A stretch of 64,000 nucleotides of DNA from positions 62,001 to 126,000 of IMG/VR virus record IMGVR_UViG_3300032236_001850; one strand, written 5' to 3'. The notes beneath the pieces were generated by a model that was not told the origin of the DNA, made no database searches, and worked only from the letters and a program-made list of their open reading frames with translations. Both the position numbers and the translations under genes were made by a program. Shown here piece by piece: positions 57,522 through 64,000 of this stretch (positions are counted from its first letter, which is position 1; each line of letters begins with the position of its first letter).

Positions 57522-60500
57522 ATGGCATATTTACTTTCAACGGCATCAGGTAACTGGACATCTTCATCAACATGGAGCGCAGCAGATACAACAAACTTTA
57601 TTGACTCCAGAACAGCAAGTACACTTTTAACAACAACTCCTGTTGCTAATACGTCATTCACCTGGGCAACTGGTGCACCCACACTGCAGGGTATTGCAGT
57701 ACAATTGAGTGTAAGAGCTGCTGCTGCCAATGGAACAATGACAGCGGAACTTTATAATGTCACCGGTGCTGCTTCAGTGAGATCTGTAACTGTTAACGTT
57801 GCTGATCTTTCCACAACATTTGGTGCTGCTGGCTCAACATGGATCTTTTTTAAATTTTCATCCAATGTTACTCTAGCAACAGGAACTAACTATGCAATAA
57901 GACTCTCAACTTCTATAGCTTCCCAGATAAGTTGTTACGCTCTTGCCACCACAAACTGGAGCTACCAATTAATCACAGCAACCGCACAGGCACCAACAAC
58001 AAATGACTCAGTAATAGTTACTGGAACACATACAGGAGTTGGTGCATTCTCAGCTAACACAGTAACAATGGACAACACATCGGCTACTCAATATGCAAAC
58101 GTATATGTTAGCAATAGGGGAACACTACAATTTGGAGTTGCTGCTAGTACAAACTATGCACTGACGACCAATGGTGTTGCTGGTACTGTGTTTATTGTTG
58201 GTTATGGTGGATCTTTTTATATTGGTGGTACTGGTGGAAATTATTTACCCAGCACATCAACAGCAACAATAACACTAAACTGTGCATCAGCTTTAAGTAC
58301 AGCAATAAATGTTTTCGGAACATTTATAACCGGAAGCACCTATGCAAATGCAGGTGGAACAGGAACAGGTAAACCTTTTAATAAATTGAATGCTGATGTG
58401 GCTGCCGGAGCAACAGGAAGTACAGTTTCAATATCAACAACTGGATGGAAATCTGGTGATCAGATAGTTGTACCAAGCACAACAAGAACTGCTGCACAAA
58501 TAGAGGTTATTACTTTAAATGCGGACCAGTCAGGTACATCACTTTCACATGGAGCATATATAAATGCACATGGTGGTAATGCCTCCACTCTAGTACAGGC
58601 GGATCTTGCTAACATTACCAGAAACATCACCATAAAATCAGGTAGTACCACATTTAGATCCAACTTTCAGACACAGCTAAACTCCTCGGTCTCCCTTTAT
58701 GGTGTTAAATTTCAAGATTTAGGTACCACATTGACAGTATCCACTGCCGGTGTGTGCGTACCTGCATTAACAGCAGCAAATGGTGGAAATTTCACAATGA
58801 GTTATTGTGTCATTCTGAATACCACGGGAAACTCCACAACATTATCAGGGACTGGTTTATTCACTACGAATGACACTAACGTCACAGTATCCAACAACAT
58901 CTTTTATAACTTAGGTTGGACAGCAGCAGTTACTTCTTGTGCAATATATGGTGTGAATAACAATAACATGTTTCTAGGAAATTATTCATCAGCCTTCGGT
59001 TGTGCTTCAACGTATTGTGGAAGCAACAATGTATTTTCTTCCAATACCGTGACATCAGGTGGATATTCAGGTGGATTCTATACCAATGCATCAAATAATT
59101 CATTCTATGCCAATTCAACCAATGGTCTTTATTTTGTAGGTACAAATACATTCAGCACAGGTATGAACAATTTTTATATCTGGAGAAATAACACCAATGG
59201 ATTGGGTATTAACAGTTCAGCTACAACAAACTCCAGAACTACTTTATGGGATTTTACCAATTGTTACATATTTGGTAATACAACCAGTGGTATTGTTGCT
59301 ATTGCTGCTTGTTATACCAAAATAACATTTATTAATTCCTATATTTACGGGGGAACCACTCTTGTTCAAACCTACGGGGTAAACCCGTCAACTCTCTACA
59401 TTGACACATTATATTTTAGCGGGTGTCTTTTTGGATATGATAATACTGCTACCGCATCACCCCATGTTACAGCTAATTTATTTACCCCAACGAGACAGGC
59501 AGCAATATTGATGTATAGCTGTCAATTCAACGGGACAGAGGTATCCGGGCAAACACCAGTAGCAGGTTACGGAACAAATTCTTATGGTCAAAGCTTTGTT
59601 TCGATAAATCATAACATTTCAGGACTGAACAAACAATGGTTACTTAATGGTACAATTTCAGGAGACAGCACAACCTATAATTCAACTTCACCATCTTTAA
59701 GAATGACCCCTATCTCCAGTGTTTATAAATTATGTTCACCTACCATTAAGGTTCCAATGATGGCAAATACAACATCACTTCCACCAAGAGTAGGTATTTC
59801 GATTAGAAAATCGTCCACAAACCTAATGACATACACTGAGGACGTCACAAATGCTGCTTGGTTATCGGACGTTACCGCTGTTACAAGAACAGCAAATGCA
59901 ACAACATCTCCAACAGGAACATTGACAGCCGATAAAATAGCAGAATCCTCCACAGCAGCCAGTGGATGGAATATCTACCAATCAATTTCTGCTGCAACAG
60001 TGATTGTTGGAACCACGTATGTTTACTCGGTTTATCTTAAAGCTGCTGAAAGACAATATGCCAGGGTATCCTTAGGAACATCCTCAGTAACAAATGGTGG
60101 TGATATTTTTGTAGATCTTTCATCTGGTACCATTTTCACATTTAACACTTACGGAACTGCTACATTTCAAGGATATGACATTATTAATGCAGGAAATGGA
60201 TGGTGGAGATGCGTGATAGCTGTTTCTTTTGCTGCATCGGCTATTATAATTCCTGGTGTCTGGATAAGAAACAACAACTCAGGTAGTACTGCCAACTACG
60301 CGGGAACTGTTGGCTACGGACTTTATATCTGGGGTGCTATGCTTTATACTGATAGTGGTTACATTTCAGCTAATTTATATCCATATGAAGCTGTGCTAAC
60401 AACACCAGCAAATACGCCATACAACGGTCTCCCACCTAGGGTCATGGGTGTGTCTAATATTTTAACAAGCTTCTACCCAACGGACAATTCACTATCGGCT

Positions 60501-60746
60501 TTAAATGTGACATCGTCCTGGTATTCAAATGGAGCTTTAATCTATACTGTATATGGTCAAGGAGTAATTGAATTTTATGTTGATTGTGACGGTACACAAG
60601 GGTGGATTAATATTGACGATATAAGTTTTTCACCAGGCGGGATTGCGCCTATTGACGCTTCTGGGACAGATTATATGGCACAGTATGGAAATTATATTGA
60701 GGCTGATTGGAGAAGACCTGGCGGTAATTTTGCATTCTCCAATTAA
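57522..60746 (+). CDS. virion adhesin/tailspike-like protein, paralog 2 with ~200 aa inserted domain
   Basis: 1074 aa, colinear with paralog 1 except an insert at about 59814-60419 (TADKI...YSVYLKAAERQY...GNGWWRC). Confidence 0.75.
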   Translation: MAYLLSTASGNWTSSSTWSAADTTNFIDSRTASTLLTTTPVANTSFTWATGAPTLQGIAVQLSVRAAAANGTMTAELYNVTGAASVRSVTVNVADLSTTFGAAGSTWIFFKFSSNVTLATGTNYAIRLSTSIASQISCYALATTNWSYQLITATAQAPTTNDSVIVTGTHTGVGAFSANTVTMDNTSATQYANVYVSNRGTLQFGVAASTNYALTTNGVAGTVFIVGYGGSFYIGGTGGNYLPSTSTATITLNCASALSTAINVFGTFITGSTYANAGGTGTGKPFNKLNADVAAGATGSTVSISTTGWKSGDQIVVPSTTRTAAQIEVITLNADQSGTSLSHGAYINAHGGNASTLVQADLANITRNITIKSGSTTFRSNFQTQLNSSVSLYGVKFQDLGTTLTVSTAGVCVPALTAANGGNFTMSYCVILNTTGNSTTLSGTGLFTTNDTNVTVSNNIFYNLGWTAAVTSCAIYGVNNNNMFLGNYSSAFGCASTYCGSNNVFSSNTVTSGGYSGGFYTNASNNSFYANSTNGLYFVGTNTFSTGMNNFYIWRNNTNGLGINSSATTNSRTTLWDFTNCYIFGNTTSGIVAIAACYTKITFINSYIYGGTTLVQTYGVNPSTLYIDTLYFSGCLFGYDNTATASPHVTANLFTPTRQAAILMYSCQFNGTEVSGQTPVAGYGTNSYGQSFVSINHNISGLNKQWLLNGTISGDSTTYNSTSPSLRMTPISSVYKLCSPTIKVPMMANTTSLPPRVGISIRKSSTNLMTYTEDVTNAAWLSDVTAVTRTANATTSPTGTLTADKIAESSTAASGWNIYQSISAATVIVGTTYVYSVYLKAAERQYARVSLGTSSVTNGGDIFVDLSSGTIFTFNTYGTATFQGYDIINAGNGWWRCVIAVSFAASAIIIPGVWIRNNNSGSTANYAGTVGYGLYIWGAMLYTDSGYISANLYPYEAVLTTPANTPYNGLPPRVMGVSNILTSFYPTDNSLSALNVTSSWYSNGALIYTVYGQGVIEFYVDCDGTQGWINIDDISFSPGGIAPIDASGTDYMAQYGNYIEADWRRPGGNFAFSN

Positions 60747-60766
60747 AGGCCAAAAATACAGCAGCC

Positions 60767-60775
60767 GATATATAG
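60767..60775 (+). promoter_or_regulatory. putative late promoter GATATATAG
   Basis: 23 nt before ATG 60799. Confidence 0.6.
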
Positions 60776-60798
60776 AACAAAATCTAACCATATAATAG

Positions 60799-63700
60799 AT
60801 GGCAATAAATTTCCCAACCGGAGTAACCGGACAATACTACACATACAACGGAAGAATCTGGCAATATAACGGATATGCTTGGGTATTTCTAAGTGTTGTC
60901 GGGGCTACTGGTCCAACAGGAGCTACCGGAGCTACTGGTTCAGGTAGCGGTGGAACAGGATCAGGTGGGACTGGAGCAACTGGTCTTGCTGGACCAACTG
61001 GAAGCGACGGATCCAATAGTGGGAGATGGATAGCTACAAGCTTAGGATCTCCCGCTACTGGTGCATTCTATCACAACTACACAGGTCCAAATGGAAACAC
61101 TGTGCTGAATATTAGCAACTTCTCATCGAATGGAACAAATTACTTATCCTGGCATTCTGCTGCACAAGCTATAATACCAACCGGGGCTACATTATATCTA
61201 CAATTAACTGAGGTTGGTAAAAATAGCGTTATTGGACTTTATACAGTAGGATCAATAGGATATTTTGGTACATATTGTCAGTATATCATTTCATCACAAT
61301 TAGCTGCTAATGGTACATTCACAGACGGAAAGGAATACACAATATCATGGTCATCTTCAGGACCACAAGGGCCAGCCGGACCTCCAGGACCTGGTACAAC
61401 AACCACAGATATCACATTTAGCAACTTCTGGAATGGCATGATAGGATGGAGTTCTTTCCTAACAGATGGTTATTATAGAATAGTTGATTTCAGGACAACA
61501 GGTTATCTTCTGGATTGGTGGGATAATGAGACTTGGTATGGCGATCCTTCAATTTCAGGAGCTCCTGCGAAAAAAGGAACAGATATCGAACCCATTATAG
61601 TTAGAGTTTATACTGACGGTAACACTGGATTTCCTAGACACGACCACAGAGTTGTTTCAGAACAGAATCCCTACGATGAAATATACTGGGAATGGGACTA
61701 TGGCGTTTTACCTACACCAGCGGGAGGTGAAGTTCCTACCCCATGGGCGGAGAATGGTTACACTACATGGCCTTATGATGTAAATACAAGATTTGTCAAT
61801 GATGCAACACTCTTTGGTGCAAGGCCTTCAGATTATCAGGATGGCTGGCCTCTTCAATCATCACCAGAAAAACACATAAACAATCCAGCAGCACAACCAA
61901 CCGCATGGGCTGCGTGGAGAGGATTTATATATTATAGAGAGGACACAGAAAAAAACATCAAAGGTCCTTATGACTGGAGACAAGTTTGGCTTAGAAGATA
62001 CAATTCAGTTGCAAAGAAATCCAATGTATGGGATTCTCATACTACCTACAATATGGGTGACGTTGTTATAGGCCCAGATAATTGGGTCTATGCTTCCTTG
62101 GTTGGTGGTAATAATAATGTAAATCCAGCAGGCTATGATATGTTTAATCTTCCATACGGTACAGGTGCATTTGATAATCAAGGTGGAACAGGAGGAATAT
62201 TCTCGGTACCACCGTGTAAAGATTGGGGATATCATCCGTATGCTCCTGTTGACACCAGAAGATTCTGGTTGAGATTTTGGCCGGTTATTTACAATTGGTT
62301 TGCTCCCTGGGGAAATCTAAATTCAAAATGGAATGACTTAGATAATGCACCAGATTCGGACCCATATTCAGTGTATTTTGTGGGTAATGCAGATTTTGAT
62401 TATGTGAGTTCAGGAACATTCTGCCAACCGATATCAATTAGTATGTATCCTGGAGAACCTACAGAAGTACGAACATTTGGAGGGGATAATGATAATGTTA
62501 GTGGAGAGGGTGGTGCATTTAATCTTGACTATGTAAGTGATATTGATCTAGGAACACCATCAAACGTTTCGCAGAGTGGTTACGTTCACACTGACGGTTT
62601 AGCGAGAGGATGGAATCCTCCATTCAACGATCATCCCGGAGGTGATACGAAATACCCAAGAGAGGATGTTCAGGGTAATTTATATGTTGGTAGTTCATAC
62701 GTAAACGATAATAGAATAGTTACATTTCCCTATGTTGCGCTTGCCGTTGCACCAGGATCACCAGTATCACCAAGAGATTCAGCCCTATCGTACCTATTGG
62801 GTGATCCTAATGGTGGATTTGTTTCAGGAATATATTTTGGAAGCAATTCAGCTTCCAATACATTCTATGTGTATCCACAAGATAATTCCTCTAGATATAA
62901 AATATGGGCAAGTGAGATAAGTGGACCTACAGATCCATATTTCGTTAATTATACCTATGGAGGTCAATATACGTTAGGAGCCTATGATGGAAGCACGCCA
63001 CAAAGTGCAGGAATAGAATGGGTGGAGAATGATCTGGATTATGATGCTTATAACGACGATTGGCCTAATAAGGACAGGATAGCGGAAAGAGATCCTTTCC
63101 CGACCAACACCTTTGGTGATTGCCATTTCGGAGATAATTTCACGGGTAATGTTGCTTTCTGTGCTATAACATGGGAAAATGTTGACGAAAAAACGGTAAG
63201 AAATAATCCAAGTTATCTCCTGGTAGATGATCCTTCACTTACATTCCCTGTTGATGGGGTTTTCCGTGGGGTAACTATGAAAACCAACAACAGATATAAT
63301 ATTTTTCTACATGGAGTAAATGGACTGGATATTAAATCAAGCGATTCCACAATATTTGAAACCATAAGCAACAATAGAGGTGAATTATCGCAATTTAATA
63401 TCTGTAGAAATTTAACCGATGTGGAGCTAGGTAAATCCAGATATAACTCACTTTATGGGTTAATTGGGGTTTACCAATCGGGCACAATGATTCATAATTA
63501 TATCGAGAATGTTCATAATAGTTCAATGAAGGATGGCATGTGGTACAACACTATGACATTTTTCAACCGTGGACCAAAAGGATGGACTATTGTAGCAGAT
63601 AACAGAGATTGGGCTACCTTCTATATAAGCGAGGGAAACACATACTCGGAGGGATTCCAAGAAAATAGATTCAGGGGATCTTCTATAGCTTCCTCGTACG

Positions 63701-64000
63701 GTAATTATTTCTTTAAAAATGGGACTCTTTTTCCTTTCGGAAATGAGTCCATATTACCAATAGACGTCAGAACATCCTCATTTGGTCCACATCAAATCGA
63801 TAATAGTATAGGAAAATTTTATAACACCACAGTTGAAACATCAGCAATGAATGGACTCGATGTTAGCAGACCAACCTATCTACAATTGTATTTTAACAAG
63901 AGAATATTAAGACCAACTAGATGGAACGCAGAAGGAGGTAGTTGGACCTATGGGGATTTCCCAATGATACACTTCTATGATAACTCAGGTTACATATTTT
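60799..64000 (+). CDS. large collagen-containing virion fibre protein, 3'-truncated by window (not in ORF track)
   Basis: MAINFPTGVTGQYYTYNGRIWQYNGYAW...GATG...; read codon by codon with no stop to the window end (>1067 aa). Confidence 0.88.
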   Translation, partial: MAINFPTGVTGQYYTYNGRIWQYNGYAWVFLSVVGATGPTGATGATGSGSGGTGSGGTGATGLAGPTGSDGSNSGRWIATSLGSPATGAFYHNYTGPNGNTVLNISNFSSNGTNYLSWHSAAQAIIPTGATLYLQLTEVGKNSVIGLYTVGSIGYFGTYCQYIISSQLAANGTFTDGKEYTISWSSSGPQGPAGPPGPGTTTTDITFSNFWNGMIGWSSFLTDGYYRIVDFRTTGYLLDWWDNETWYGDPSISGAPAKKGTDIEPIIVRVYTDGNTGFPRHDHRVVSEQNPYDEIYWEWDYGVLPTPAGGEVPTPWAENGYTTWPYDVNTRFVNDATLFGARPSDYQDGWPLQSSPEKHINNPAAQPTAWAAWRGFIYYREDTEKNIKGPYDWRQVWLRRYNSVAKKSNVWDSHTTYNMGDVVIGPDNWVYASLVGGNNNVNPAGYDMFNLPYGTGAFDNQGGTGGIFSVPPCKDWGYHPYAPVDTRRFWLRFWPVIYNWFAPWGNLNSKWNDLDNAPDSDPYSVYFVGNADFDYVSSGTFCQPISISMYPGEPTEVRTFGGDNDNVSGEGGAFNLDYVSDIDLGTPSNVSQSGYVHTDGLARGWNPPFNDHPGGDTKYPREDVQGNLYVGSSYVNDNRIVTFPYVALAVAPGSPVSPRDSALSYLLGDPNGGFVSGIYFGSNSASNTFYVYPQDNSSRYKIWASEISGPTDPYFVNYTYGGQYTLGAYDGSTPQSAGIEWVENDLDYDAYNDDWPNKDRIAERDPFPTNTFGDCHFGDNFTGNVAFCAITWENVDEKTVRNNPSYLLVDDPSLTFPVDGVFRGVTMKTNNRYNIFLHGVNGLDIKSSDSTIFETISNNRGELSQFNICRNLTDVELGKSRYNSLYGLIGVYQSGTMIHNYIENVHNSSMKDGMWYNTMTFFNRGPKGWTIVADNRDWATFYISEGNTYSEGFQENRFRGSSIASSYGNYFFKNGTLFPFGNESILPIDVRTSSFGPHQIDNSIGKFYNTTVETSAMNGLDVSRPTYLQLYFNKRILRPTRWNAEGGSWTYGDFPMIHFYDNSGYIF

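Noticed and set aside
54883-60746. Diversity-generating retroelement TR/VR pair
   Set aside because: Paralogs differ at all bases, mainly synonymously, not adenine-specifically; no reverse transcriptase in the window.

Overview
AT-rich 64-kb segment of a very large tailed bacteriophage with T4-like head-gene homologues. The host is probably Bacteroidota: 12 promoters carry the TAnnTTTG -7 box. About 1-44.7 kb is an accessory region, mostly + strand. It holds many small hypothetical genes, NAD/ADP-ribose enzymes (PRS-like, NAMPT-like, macrodomain, NADAR, two NDT-like, SLOG-like, NadR-like), Thg1-like, M42 and M28 peptidases, SPFH and LemA-like membrane proteins, a GT2 + LpxH-like pair, two free-standing endonucleases, and truncated or degenerate copies of core phage genes (prohead protease, terminase, major capsid, primase Zn finger). 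At 37.6-39.0 kb there is an RNA cluster: one tRNA whose anticodon stem best fits CUA (amber) and three tRNA-shelled RNAs without a normal anticodon arm. Nearby, and missed by the ORF track, is a Pth2-like peptidyl-tRNA hydrolase gene (39880-40233) whose only ATG is followed by an in-frame TAG at codon 3 (ATG ACT TAG). The amber-gated Pth plus the candidate suppressor tRNA is the best candidate for an undescribed system. About 45.5-64 kb encodes giant virion fibre/adhesin proteins with Gly-Ala-Thr collagen-like repeats; the last runs off the window. All family assignments are from motif recognition by eye; no database search was run.
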